Source: a virus (lineage: Duplodnaviria > Caudoviricetes). From it: a stretch of 62,304 nt of DNA. Location of the stretch: the IMG/VR virus record IMGVR_UViG_3300035682_000035, positions 1 through 62,304 of that record; one strand, written 5' to 3'. Shown here piece after piece: positions 26,200 through 36,900 of the stretch (positions are counted from its first letter, which is position 1; every line of letters starts with the position of its first letter). Below the pieces are notes generated by a model. That model was not told the origin of the DNA. It worked only from the letters and a program-made list of their open reading frames with translations, and searched no databases. The position numbers were made by a program, and so were the translations under genes.

Positions 26200-28152
26200 A
26201 TGCCATTCATCAAGCTCCAGTTTAAGCCCGGTGTAAACCGCGACCAGACCGACTACTCGAACGAGGGCGGTTGGCGCGAGTGCGACAAAATACGTTTCCG
26301 CTCTGGATATCCAGAGAAGATTGGTGGCTGGCAGAAAGCTACGTCTGCTCAATTCCAAGGCGTGTGCCGTCAGATGTGGAACTGGGTCACGACCTATTCC
26401 GATAACCTCATGGCGCTTGGTACGCATCAGAAGGTTTTCATCGAGAATGGTGGCTACTACAATAACATCACCCCACTGCGTCTGGTTGACCCTACGCTTG
26501 ACACACCGGACACTGACAACTGCGTCTACACAGATACCACTGCGCCTAATGTGGTAACCATCCAGTTACCGGTGGCACACCTTGCCGAAACAGGTGACTT
26601 CGTAGAAATCTCAGGTGTAACCGGCACTATTGGTGGTGTGCCTGCGGACGAGATTAACGGCAACCACGAGATTACTGTGGTTACTGGCCTGACTTTCACG
26701 ATCCCTGTTACAAGTCCGGTCACCTCAAACGTCTCTGGTGGAGGCGGTACTGTTATTATCATCGACTTCGAAATCCGCCCCGGATATCCAATTACCACAG
26801 AAGGTTATGGTTGGGGTACAGGCACGTGGTCGCGTGGGGCTTGGGGTCTTGGTTCGACTGAGCCGGTCTTCTTCCCGCAGCGCGACTGGTGGTTCGATAA
26901 CTTCGATAACGACCTCGTCATGAATATCCGCAATGGGGCTGGTTACTGGTGGGTTCGCGGTGCTACTCCCGATCCGGGCACGGCGCTTGCCACGCGGGCT
27001 ATTACGCTACAGAAGTATGCGTTTGACTGGGCTACGGCGACCAGCGCGCCTGTCTATACCCCTACGGAATATGCAGAAGCAGTACCAGTTAAGATTATGC
27101 AGTTGCTCGTGTCTCAGCAAGACCGGCATCTTATTGCCTTTGGCGCTGTGCCGTTTGGCTCAACGAACCCTGACGATTTCGACCCGATGCTTATCCGTTG
27201 GGCTGACCAAGACACTCCTGAAGACTGGATTCCGCAGCCGACCAATACCGCAGGGGACATCCGGGTATCGCGTGGCTCGCGCATCGTACGCGCTATGCCA
27301 TCACGTCAGGAAATCTTGGTCTGGACGGATAGCCACCTGTTCACGCTCCAATTCCTCGGCACGACAGACGTGTTCGGCTTGCAGGAATATGCTGACAATA
27401 TCTCCATCATCTCATCACGTGCGGTGACAACGGCAGCTAACATTACCTACTGGATGGGCCAAGATAAGTTCTATGCCTATACCGGGCGCGTCGAAACGCT
27501 ACCATGCACACTGCGCAATCACGTGTTCCAGAACATTAACATCTCTCAGTCCGATCAGGTTATCTGCGGCACCAACGAGCAATGGAACGAAGTCTGGTGG
27601 TTCTACCCAGCAGGTGATAGCGACTATAACAATGCCTATGTGGTCTATAACCACCTTGAGCGCATCTGGTACTATGGAACAATAGAGCGCACCGCTTGGT
27701 TAGATACAGCACTGCGCCGCTACCCACAGGCCGCAAACACACCACTCTCTGATTTCTCAGCGGGGCAGACTTACAACCACGAGGACGGCATCGACGATGA
27801 TGCTGATCCAATGCTATCCTATATCCAGTCGTCGGACTTCGACTTGGCTGATGGCGACCAGTTTATGCTTTGCAGACGCATTATTCCTGACGTTGGGTTT
27901 AGCGGGTCCATAGCTAATGATGCTAGTGTCACCATGCAAATCCGCTCGCGTAACTTCCCCGGTTCTGCGCTTTCTAACAACGTGGCGGACTCAAAGCCTG
28001 TCATCGAGACTTCGGTAGACCAGTACACCGATCAGGTCTTCCTGCGTGCCCGTGCGCGCCAGATGGCGCTTAAAATCCAGTCTGAAAATCTTGGTGTGCA
28101 GTGGCAGTTGGGTGCCCCGCGCTTGGATGCCCGTGAAGATGGTAAACGCTAA
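26200..28152 (+). CDS. Putative tail nozzle (tubular protein B-like)
   Basis: 650 aa, beta-rich; IRWADQ, YWMGQDKFY, EVWWFYP. Confidence 0.7.
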   Translation: MPFIKLQFKPGVNRDQTDYSNEGGWRECDKIRFRSGYPEKIGGWQKATSAQFQGVCRQMWNWVTTYSDNLMALGTHQKVFIENGGYYNNITPLRLVDPTLDTPDTDNCVYTDTTAPNVVTIQLPVAHLAETGDFVEISGVTGTIGGVPADEINGNHEITVVTGLTFTIPVTSPVTSNVSGGGGTVIIIDFEIRPGYPITTEGYGWGTGTWSRGAWGLGSTEPVFFPQRDWWFDNFDNDLVMNIRNGAGYWWVRGATPDPGTALATRAITLQKYAFDWATATSAPVYTPTEYAEAVPVKIMQLLVSQQDRHLIAFGAVPFGSTNPDDFDPMLIRWADQDTPEDWIPQPTNTAGDIRVSRGSRIVRAMPSRQEILVWTDSHLFTLQFLGTTDVFGLQEYADNISIISSRAVTTAANITYWMGQDKFYAYTGRVETLPCTLRNHVFQNINISQSDQVICGTNEQWNEVWWFYPAGDSDYNNAYVVYNHLERIWYYGTIERTAWLDTALRRYPQAANTPLSDFSAGQTYNHEDGIDDDADPMLSYIQSSDFDLADGDQFMLCRRIIPDVGFSGSIANDASVTMQIRSRNFPGSALSNNVADSKPVIETSVDQYTDQVFLRARARQMALKIQSENLGVQWQLGAPRLDAREDGKR

Positions 28153-28844
28153 TGGCACTAGATAGATTCAAAGCCGCTCCACTACCTAACCCACCGTCAC
28201 ATTACGACCCGCAGTATATACGGCAGGTTATTCGCGTTATAGAAAACTACTTCTCGCAGTTAGACTCGCGCACCCCAAACAATGCGCAGAAATACACAGC
28301 GGACTTCTTCTACGGAAGCGGCATCGGTCTGACGTTCCCACATAATCAGTTTACTAGTTTAGTTGACCAGTCAGCAGCAGCCGTTGATGTGGCTTACCCA
28401 GTTAAGTTAGAAGTGACGTCGTTTACCGATGATATATCTATAACAGGCGTTAATAACACGCGGATCACCTTTGCCGCCCCCGGCATCTATATGCTGATAT
28501 ATAGCTTGGCGTTTAAGAACACGACGAATGACACCCAAGAAGTAGACGTATGGTTCCGGTACAACAACGGCACCACCACAACGGATGTCGCTAACTCAAA
28601 CAGCCGGTTTACAATACCGCCCCGCAAATCTTCAGGCACACCCTCTTACCTTATCGCGGTTACACCATTTAGTGGTTATGCAGAGGCAGCGGGCGTATGG
28701 GTCGAAGTTATGTGGCACACAACCAGCACAAGCGTAGTTATGGAGCATCTTCCAGCAGTTGCGTACTCAGCAGGTGTAACACCTGCACATCCGGGTACAC
28801 CTTCGGCTATTGTCGAAGCGTTCTTTGTATCGAAGGCCACGTAA
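28152..28844 (+). CDS. Tail-associated protein (N-terminal helix, beta-sandwich C-terminus)
   Basis: Coupled to nozzle; PGIY...SL.F, VWFR..G. Confidence 0.65.
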   Translation: MALDRFKAAPLPNPPSHYDPQYIRQVIRVIENYFSQLDSRTPNNAQKYTADFFYGSGIGLTFPHNQFTSLVDQSAAAVDVAYPVKLEVTSFTDDISITGVNNTRITFAAPGIYMLIYSLAFKNTTNDTQEVDVWFRYNNGTTTTDVANSNSRFTIPPRKSSGTPSYLIAVTPFSGYAEAAGVWVEVMWHTTSTSVVMEHLPAVAYSAGVTPAHPGTPSAIVEAFFVSKAT

Positions 28845-28909
28845 GAATGGTGTTTAGTTTTGAACAGATTGCCGCTATAAGCGTAGTGATAAGGTAGGGA
28901 TAAGGGATA

Positions 28910-30517
28910 ATGGACTACAACGCAGCTTCACCTATGGGCAACCCCCCACAGCTAGGCACACCCATACCCGGCACTACGGGTGGTCTTCCTACGCAGGGTG
29001 GGCTGAATGTGGCTCAAAACCCTATGGCGCAGCAGTTGCAGTCGCAAGGTCGCGGCGAAGACTCTATGCTTATCCACATGACACCAGACGAGGTTAACAG
29101 CCTTCAAGGTCTGGCTATGGCACATGGCGGCTCACTTACTATTAACCCGCAAACAGGTCTGCCTGAAGCTGGCTGGCTTGGCAAACTTCTCCCAACTATT
29201 CTTGGCGCAGCCCTAGCGGCTACTGGCGTCGGTGCTCCCCTTGCTGCTGGTATCGTAGGCGCAGGTCAGTTCGCACGTACTGGTAGCTTGAAGAAGGGCT
29301 TGATGGCTGGCCTCGGTGCCTTTGGTGGTGCTGGTATGGCTGGTATGGCTGGTGTTGGTGGTTCTATCTCACACAACGCAGCTGGGTTACTTGGCGACAA
29401 AGCTGGTTTCTTTGGTGCTAATATGGGTCTTGGTGCTGCTGTACCGGCAGCGCAGCTTGCGCCAGTCGCCGTCACTCCTGATACTCTTGGTAATCTTGCT
29501 AATACACCAGTAACACCAACAGTAAACATCCCAGCATCCGGCATTGCTGGTGGTCCGGGGGCTACTACATTAACTGCACCGACCGTAGCGCCTACGGCGG
29601 TTAACCCTATGCAGGCAGCTATAAACAGCCCAGAGTTTGCTCGGCAGTTCGCTAACTCTGTAGGCAATATGCCACCTCCGGTAATGAAAGGCGCAGAGTT
29701 CACAGGCGGCTTAGGTTCGCGCTTCGCTCAAGCTACACGTGCAGGTCTACCTGCTGGTACTCCGGGCATTATCTCTAAAGCTGCTCCTATGTTGGGTGTT
29801 TCAGGCATTACGAGTGGTATCTCCGGTGCAATGGCCCCAAAACAAGGCACTATGGGTGATGACGGCGTCATAGATAATTCCTATGCTGGTCCGTACACTG
29901 CGCAGAAGCGCAATGCTACTTTCGCAGACAACACCGAAGACCTTCTTAAGTCGTCCAAGGAGCGTCGCTACTTCGACGTAGGTATGCCTGAAGTTTATAA
30001 CATGCAGGGCCAAGTCGTACAGCCGGGTTCCAGCACTGCGCGGGGCACACCCATACTACAAAATGTCCTGAACCCTAACGCTAAGAAGGGCCAGAACCGC
30101 TACAACCAGATACTCACTCCGTATATGGTAGACCCCCAACAAGACATGGGCTACGCCGATGGCGGTGAAGTAGATATGAAGAACGGCTCTTTTGTCGTTG
30201 ATGCTCGCACTGTATCAGAGCTTGGTAACGGCAGCAGCAATGCAGGTATGGAGCTTCTGTCTCGTATGGGCGGACGCCCCCTGCAAGGGCCCGGTGACGG
30301 GGTAAGCGACTCCATTAAAGCACGTATCGGTGGTAAGCAGGAAGCACGTGTCGCCCGCGACGAAGTGTTATTCCCGCCAGAGGCAGTTAAGCGCTTAGGC
30401 GGCGGCAACCCGAAGAAGGGCACTGCCAAGCTGTACTCACTTATGAACAAGGCGCACAAAGCCCGCAAGAAAGCGGACCGTGGAGAAGATACTAAAGTGC
30501 GGCGTGGGCTTGCATAA
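28910..30517 (+). CDS. Putative ejection protein
   Basis: LTINPQTGLPE; hydrophobic G/A stretch; YADGG...GPGDGVSDSIKA motif also seen in tape measures. Confidence 0.6.
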   Translation: MDYNAASPMGNPPQLGTPIPGTTGGLPTQGGLNVAQNPMAQQLQSQGRGEDSMLIHMTPDEVNSLQGLAMAHGGSLTINPQTGLPEAGWLGKLLPTILGAALAATGVGAPLAAGIVGAGQFARTGSLKKGLMAGLGAFGGAGMAGMAGVGGSISHNAAGLLGDKAGFFGANMGLGAAVPAAQLAPVAVTPDTLGNLANTPVTPTVNIPASGIAGGPGATTLTAPTVAPTAVNPMQAAINSPEFARQFANSVGNMPPPVMKGAEFTGGLGSRFAQATRAGLPAGTPGIISKAAPMLGVSGITSGISGAMAPKQGTMGDDGVIDNSYAGPYTAQKRNATFADNTEDLLKSSKERRYFDVGMPEVYNMQGQVVQPGSSTARGTPILQNVLNPNAKKGQNRYNQILTPYMVDPQQDMGYADGGEVDMKNGSFVVDARTVSELGNGSSNAGMELLSRMGGRPLQGPGDGVSDSIKARIGGKQEARVARDEVLFPPEAVKRLGGGNPKKGTAKLYSLMNKAHKARKKADRGEDTKVRRGLA

Positions 30518-30948
30518 TGCAAGTTACTTTAATTCCTACCGAACATGTGAGTGAGTTATGGCCTCGCATCTTCCCACACTTGAGTAAAGCTGCGGAGTAT
30601 ACGTTTGGTCGGTATGAGCCTGAAGATATCCTCGACTCGGTTACGCAGTATGACCATCATCTCTGGGTTGCATTTACAGGCGAAGAGATAAAAGGTATTA
30701 CAATAACCTGCTTTAAGCAGTACCCACGTATGTTATGCCTTGATATGGTATTTTGCGCAGGTGATGAAGGTATGGAATGGAAAACTCCTATGCTTAAAAT
30801 GTTGCAGCACTGGGCGCACGATAATGACTGTGAACGGATCGAATCTTCTGGTAGGATCGGTTGGTCAAAGATTTTTAAAGACGATGGATATAAAGCACTT
30901 TGGCAGGTATATGAATTGCCGGTCGCAGATGCAGGACTAGGAGCGTAA
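30517..30948 (+). CDS. GNAT-like small protein of the ejection cluster
   Basis: LW.A, GRIGWSK; position between ejection genes. Confidence 0.55.
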   Translation: MQVTLIPTEHVSELWPRIFPHLSKAAEYTFGRYEPEDILDSVTQYDHHLWVAFTGEEIKGITITCFKQYPRMLCLDMVFCAGDEGMEWKTPMLKMLQHWAHDNDCERIESSGRIGWSKIFKDDGYKALWQVYELPVADAGLGA

Positions 30949-30949
30949 T

Positions 30950-32233
30950 ATGGGCGGTGGTGGCGGTAGCAATCAAGTACAAAAGTCGGAGGTTACTCAG
31001 TCAACCCTCCCCGAATACGCACGCCCCTATTTCGAAGGGCTGATGCAGCGGGCAGGCACGACGCTAACAACTGACTACCAACCCTACGGTCAAGAGCGCA
31101 TAGCTGATTTCACGCAGCAGCAGCGTGGAGTCCAACAGAATATCCTAGGTATGCAGACACCGGGACAGTTCGGCAATGCTAGCACGCTTGCTACCGCTGC
31201 GGGTCTTGGTTCTTTGGAGGCGGGGAAGTATACTCCCGGCCAATTTGGTTTCCAACAGGTGAATGCACAGCAGGTTAATGCGCCCAGTATGCAAGCGGCG
31301 CAGACTAACTACAACCCCAATCTGACGACGTTCCAGATGCAAGCTCCCGACCAGTTCGGACAGCAGCAAACCAACCAGTACATGTCGCCGTACATGCAGA
31401 ACGTAGTAGATACCCAGAAGCGCGAAGCCGTCCGCGATGCGCGGCAGGGGCAGATTGTGCAAGACCTCGGCGCTGCTCGTCAGGGCACATATGGTGGTAG
31501 CCGCCAGCTTCTTGCTGGTCTCGAGCGTGAGCGTAATCTAGGTACGCAGTTAGGTGACATCCAAGCACGTGGTTCGCAATCGGCGTTTGAAAACGCACAG
31601 GCTCAGTTTGAGCGTGATCGTGGCGCGACTATGACAGCGCAGCAGCAGAACTTGGCGGCTCAACTTGGCGTCCAGCAACTTGGCACTGACGTCGGTTTGA
31701 AAACCGCTCTTGCTAACCTTGATGCTAAGTCACAGGCTAACGTGCAAAACCTCGCAGCCCAACTTCAGACGCAAGGACTTAACTCAGAGCAAGCGATGCG
31801 CGCTGCACTGGCTAACCAGCAGGCAGGGCTTGATACTCAACGTATGGGTGAGCAGTCTCGTCAGTTTGGTTCGCAGCAGGGGCTTGCAGGGCTGGCGCAA
31901 GCCGGTCAGATGGGTCAGACACTTGCTAATATTGGTTCGGCGCAGTCGCAAGCCGACCAAGCCCGCTTGGGTATGCAGCAGGGTACAGCTGCGCAGCAGC
32001 AAGCGATGAACCAGCAGTACCTAGACACGGCGTATCAAGACTTCCTGCGCCAGCGTGATTATCCGATGGAGCAGATGCAGCAGTACAGCAGCTTGCTACG
32101 CGGTGTGCCAGTAACACCGAATACAACTAGCACAACTTACGCTCCCAATGCTTCGCTAGGCTCGCAGCTAGTTAGTGGCGGTCTCGGCGCAGCTGCTCTC
32201 TACAATACTGCTAACAGGGCGGGAGTAATTTAA
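30950..32233 (+). CDS. Q-rich ejection/pilot protein
   Basis: MGGGGG start; YMSPYMQNVV; GTYGGSR; hydrophobic C-terminus. Confidence 0.65.
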   Translation: MGGGGGSNQVQKSEVTQSTLPEYARPYFEGLMQRAGTTLTTDYQPYGQERIADFTQQQRGVQQNILGMQTPGQFGNASTLATAAGLGSLEAGKYTPGQFGFQQVNAQQVNAPSMQAAQTNYNPNLTTFQMQAPDQFGQQQTNQYMSPYMQNVVDTQKREAVRDARQGQIVQDLGAARQGTYGGSRQLLAGLERERNLGTQLGDIQARGSQSAFENAQAQFERDRGATMTAQQQNLAAQLGVQQLGTDVGLKTALANLDAKSQANVQNLAAQLQTQGLNSEQAMRAALANQQAGLDTQRMGEQSRQFGSQQGLAGLAQAGQMGQTLANIGSAQSQADQARLGMQQGTAAQQQAMNQQYLDTAYQDFLRQRDYPMEQMQQYSSLLRGVPVTPNTTSTTYAPNASLGSQLVSGGLGAAALYNTANRAGVI

Positions 32234-32234
32234 A

Positions 32235-33926
32235 GTGGAAACTAAACCGTTTACCATACAGTCTCCTGAAGCGATAGCCAAGGACTACGGCGGCAACAAA
32301 CAGAAGATAGCTGAAGCTATGCAGATGGGTATTCTTGACCCTACTGCGGGCACGCTAGCAGGTATGTTTATTGACCGTATGCGGTCGGCTGCGCAGACTG
32401 AAGCTACACCCCAGCAGACTGTGGCCCAACAGGTCTTTGCTCCCCCTGCTCCCCCTGCGCCACCTATGGGTGCCCCTATGGGTGCCCCTGCAGGTCTTGG
32501 TGCTACTCCAGAAGCTGCGGCTATGCCGCCTCAAGAAATGGGTCCCCCGCCACAGGAAATGCCGCCTCAAGAAATGGCTGCGCCTCAAGAAATGGGTATG
32601 CCGCAAGAGATGCCTAGTATGGCTGAAGGTGGCATGGTGCCTCCATATATGGCTGGCGGTGGTCTTTCTGAACTACCTGTACCTGACACTATGTTTGATG
32701 AGCCCAGTAGCGGTGGCTTTGACGAGGGCTATGCAGGTGGCGGTATGGTTGCATTTGGCCGAGGTGGCGGTATCGACCTTGAACGCTTCCGCAAAGCCAT
32801 CATAGCCCAAGAAAGCGGTGGCGACTACGGTGTAGCTAATGCTGAAGGTAGTGGCGCACTAGGTGCGTATCAGTTCATGCCACCAACTGCTCGCGCTTTA
32901 GCCGAACGACTCGGTCTCCCCTATCGCCCCGACCTACTGCAAGGTAATAAGGGTCGAAGCAAAGAAGGCCGTGCCTACCAAGACGCGCTAGGAACAGCGC
33001 AGCTACAAGACGCAATTGAATTTGGTGGTGGTGATATCGGCAAAGCCGGAGCATTCCACTTTGCTGGGCCTAACACAAAGGGGCATGGAGCTAAGACACG
33101 CAAGTATGAGCAGGATATCTTACGCCGGTACTCAGGGTCGAAAGACGCTGGGGGCGAAGAACTTGTAGATGCTGCGCAGGGAGACGACACCGTCTACGGC
33201 CTACCTACGAACCTACGTGGTAATATCGACCTAATTAAAAGCTTGATGCCAGCAGAGTCTGAAGAGGACATTGAACTTCGTAAGGAACTTGCGGAAAAAT
33301 TGTCTCCTGAGAGCCGTGCACAGGGCAAAAAAGATGCGTTCTTCGCAGGTCTAGGTGATCTTTCAGAGCGTATTGCTAATGCAAAGGACAAGAGCACTTT
33401 TGGTAGTATATTTGGAAGTCTTGGTGGTGGTGCCGGAGACATTTCAAAGAGACTAGATGCAGAGGAAAAGAGTATACGCGAAATGCAGCGTGAACGCTCT
33501 GCACTAGCAAACCTTAGCCGTAAAGAGCAAATAGAAGCCATGCAGATGGGCGTGGACGTTAACAAGTCCGCCGCTGTTCTTAATGAAGGTATCGCAGCCC
33601 GTCAGGAAGACGTTGCATATAAGAGAGCTATGCTCGACATCGAAAGGTCAAAGATAGGTGCCGACCTAGCCAAGATAATGGCTGACAGCAAAGATAAGGA
33701 AAATACCAAAGACCGGTTTATAGAAACGTTCTATAACGTGCTAATAAGAAAAGGGTATTCAGAAAACCAAGCTAGGCAGTTTGCATATATAGCTGCAGAA
33801 AAGCAGCTTGCTAAGGTTAAAGAAGAGTTTGGGGGCACTGGCGATATGGGAACCCTATTCCCACAGGGCGCTACCGGTGCTACAGGAGGCACAGCAGATA
33901 CTCTGGACTACGGTTCACTAAAGTAA
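32235..33926 (+). CDS. Ejection protein with lytic transglycosylase-like domain
   Basis: AIIAQESGG...ALGAYQFMPPT; PQEM repeats; four xAxGG-type motifs. Confidence 0.75.
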   Translation: METKPFTIQSPEAIAKDYGGNKQKIAEAMQMGILDPTAGTLAGMFIDRMRSAAQTEATPQQTVAQQVFAPPAPPAPPMGAPMGAPAGLGATPEAAAMPPQEMGPPPQEMPPQEMAAPQEMGMPQEMPSMAEGGMVPPYMAGGGLSELPVPDTMFDEPSSGGFDEGYAGGGMVAFGRGGGIDLERFRKAIIAQESGGDYGVANAEGSGALGAYQFMPPTARALAERLGLPYRPDLLQGNKGRSKEGRAYQDALGTAQLQDAIEFGGGDIGKAGAFHFAGPNTKGHGAKTRKYEQDILRRYSGSKDAGGEELVDAAQGDDTVYGLPTNLRGNIDLIKSLMPAESEEDIELRKELAEKLSPESRAQGKKDAFFAGLGDLSERIANAKDKSTFGSIFGSLGGGAGDISKRLDAEEKSIREMQRERSALANLSRKEQIEAMQMGVDVNKSAAVLNEGIAARQEDVAYKRAMLDIERSKIGADLAKIMADSKDKENTKDRFIETFYNVLIRKGYSENQARQFAYIAAEKQLAKVKEEFGGTGDMGTLFPQGATGATGGTADTLDYGSLK

Positions 33927-33935
33927 GGTTGATAT

Positions 33936-36900
33936 ATGCCTGATGTACGCATGCCCGACGGTACAGTTATAAGAAACGTACCAGCAGGAATTACTAAGGC
34001 ACAGCTTAATGCTAAGCTAACGAAGAACGGGTTTGACCTCAACAGGCTGACCACGCCTAAGCAGAAGCCAAGCGCAATTGAAAATATCCCGCTAGTAGGC
34101 GGATTGCTTGCGCCTATTGCAGACATACCCTTGAGTGCGGTCGAAGGTTTAAGCGGCACTACCAAGTCAATCGCAGATGTGTTTGGTGCCGACAATGTTG
34201 TATCCGATGCGGCTGACTATGTAGCTAAAGCAGCGGCTGCTTTGAAATCTGCTGGGTCTCGTGAAGATGCTGAAATCGCCAGTAAAATCCAGAAAGACGC
34301 TGAAGGCAAAGGTGTCTGGGAAGAAGTAAAGGCTGCAGCTAGGGCGTTCACTTACTCTCCACTAGAGAGCATTGCCAGCGTGGCAGGTTCGGCGGCACCG
34401 TTTATCGCAGCGGGTGTTGCCACCGGAGGTACAGGAGCCGTACCCCTAGCTACTATGGCTGGGCTTGGCGCAGCGTCAGGCGCAGGTACTATAAAAGGTT
34501 CCGTGTACGATGCGGTATACAGCGAGTTCGTAAAGAACGGTGCATCTGAAGAAGACGCCGCTGCCGCCGCCGAGAAGGCGCAGGAGTATAGCGGCAAGAA
34601 TATAGACCAGATTGCACTTGGTGGTGCCATAGGCGCACTTGCTTCGGCTACTGGCTTTGGCCCGCAGTTCGCTCGCAGCATAGGTAATAACGTAGTCAAG
34701 AAGGTTGCCGCCGAGGTAGCCGAGCGTGAAGCTGTAGAGGCCGTAAAGGTCGGTGCCAGAAAGAGCGTGCTGGGTGGTGTTGCCAAAAGTGCAGTTGTAG
34801 AAGCTGTACCAGAATCTGTACAAGGTGGGCAGGAAAAACTGTCCCAGAACCTAGCACTGCAGCGCGAGGGCTTCGATGTAGATACGTTTAGGGGTGTAGC
34901 TGGACAGGCTGCGTCCGAAGGCATCGCGTCCCTGTTTCTGGGTGGTTATGGTGGTGCACGTGCAGCAAAGGCGGAAAACCGTCAGATACTCACAGAAGAG
35001 ATTGCCCAAGAACTTGACGCCCTGCCTGCAGATGCAGACGAGCAAACTATATCTGAAGCAGAAGCTAGATTCGTCAAGCGCGGGTTTCCCTTGGAGAAGG
35101 CAACGCAAGTTGTCGAGAACTTAAAATCCGCCAAAGAAGCTATTGACAAGCAAGCTGCAGAACTAGAGCGGGCACGTGCCGAACGGATGGCACAAGGAGA
35201 AGCTGAAGCAGCAGCCGAAGAAGGCACAGGCTCTAACTTTACTGGCCCGCCTCCGGTTGATACCGAAGAAGAAGCTGCCATGCAGCGCATGCGTGAGGCC
35301 GAGTTTGCAGGTGCAGGTGCACCACAGCAACGTAAACCATCTACTATAGAGCAAGCAGCTATTGATCTTGTTTCTGCCGTTGACGCTGGCGGTGTGCCGT
35401 TCAACACACCTAGAATAAATGCGATTGGACGCGGACTAGGGCTTGATATCGGTAAAAATGATAAACCCGAAGCCACTATCGACCGCATCCGTGCAGCGGT
35501 TGGTCGGTTTGATTTTACTCCCCCAATCTCTGAAACACAGGATACTAACGCTCCCCCTACTGGTGGCGTCAACGCCCAGTACCGCCGTAACACAACCCAA
35601 CCCACTATTACGCCAGCATTTGCTGCGACTGCAAACGAAGATGAAGTTCGTGCATTTGCTGACCAATACGGTATCGACGAAGCAGAAGCCGTTGAGCGCC
35701 TAAGTGCGGCGGCTTCGTCACCTTCAGGCATTGTATACTCACGTAGAGGACGTCCACCCAGTGCGAGCACGGTAGAAGCTGCGGGCCAAGAAGGTCTATT
35801 CGGCGCACTGCCTACACAGGAAGAAAACCGCCTCGACAAGTTTGAGGAAATCCAGCAGCGCAAACTGGAGCAAGGTGCGCTTGCACCTGAAGACCGCGAA
35901 GCGGAAAATCAGGCACGTGCCGATGAGTTTGATAGGCTGCAGCAAGAACGCGCAGCGAAAGACGAGCAGTACACGGCTGACTTTGTAAAAAACATCGAAG
36001 ATGCCATTCGTCGCGCTAACCCTGCTAACGAAGCCTATAGTGTGCAGGTTGATGCAACCAGCCCGAAGCCTTACAGGGTTGTAGGTCCAGACGGAGAGTT
36101 GTTTGCAGCCGCAGATAACCTGCAGGACTTTGAAGCACAGGCGATGGACCTTCTTCCATACGTTGCTCCCCCTACATCTATTCAAGAGACGGACTCCGCG
36201 AACCCCACCGTGGCTACATCCATGGTGCAGGAACTTACCCGTGATATTGATGCTGCGCGTGAGCGTGGCGAGATAGACAACAACCAGCGCACCGAGCTTA
36301 TTCGTCAGATAGAACGCCCCGACGCATACGATAAGTATGGTCGTCCGCAGGACAACATTGCCAAGGCTGAAGAAGAAGCCCGTGCAGCAATGTCCAAGTT
36401 CCGCAACACCACAGGTGTTGAAGCCAAGGCAGCGGAAGCAGAGCTAGCCGTCGCCAACGAGAAGCTGACTAAGCTAGTAAACAACCGCATGCTGAACCCG
36501 ATCAGGTCTAAGCTGCGCTCCATGGCAGAGAACCGTCAGCTTGAGCGCGAAGGCGCTACATCCCGTGTGGGCAGCGCTAAGGTGCAGCAGAAGCTAGGCG
36601 AGATGGAAGGTGCAGACACCAGTGCCGAGCAGCGCGAACAACGCGAAGCCAAAATCGACATAGCCGAAGGCCGTGTATCTAAGTACCGTAGGGGTGAAGC
36701 GCAACCGGGCCAAGTTAAGACAGACGTATCTAAGGTACGTGCAGCGGTAGATGCCATCGTGTCAGTATGGAAGGGGCCACCTGTAGTTACGGTAGTCCAG
36801 TCTGTTAACGACATAGCTGACGCTAAGGTACGTCGGGCTGTGATGCAAGATAACGCTACCAATGCAGAAGGCTTCGTGGCCCCTGATGGTACAGTGTATC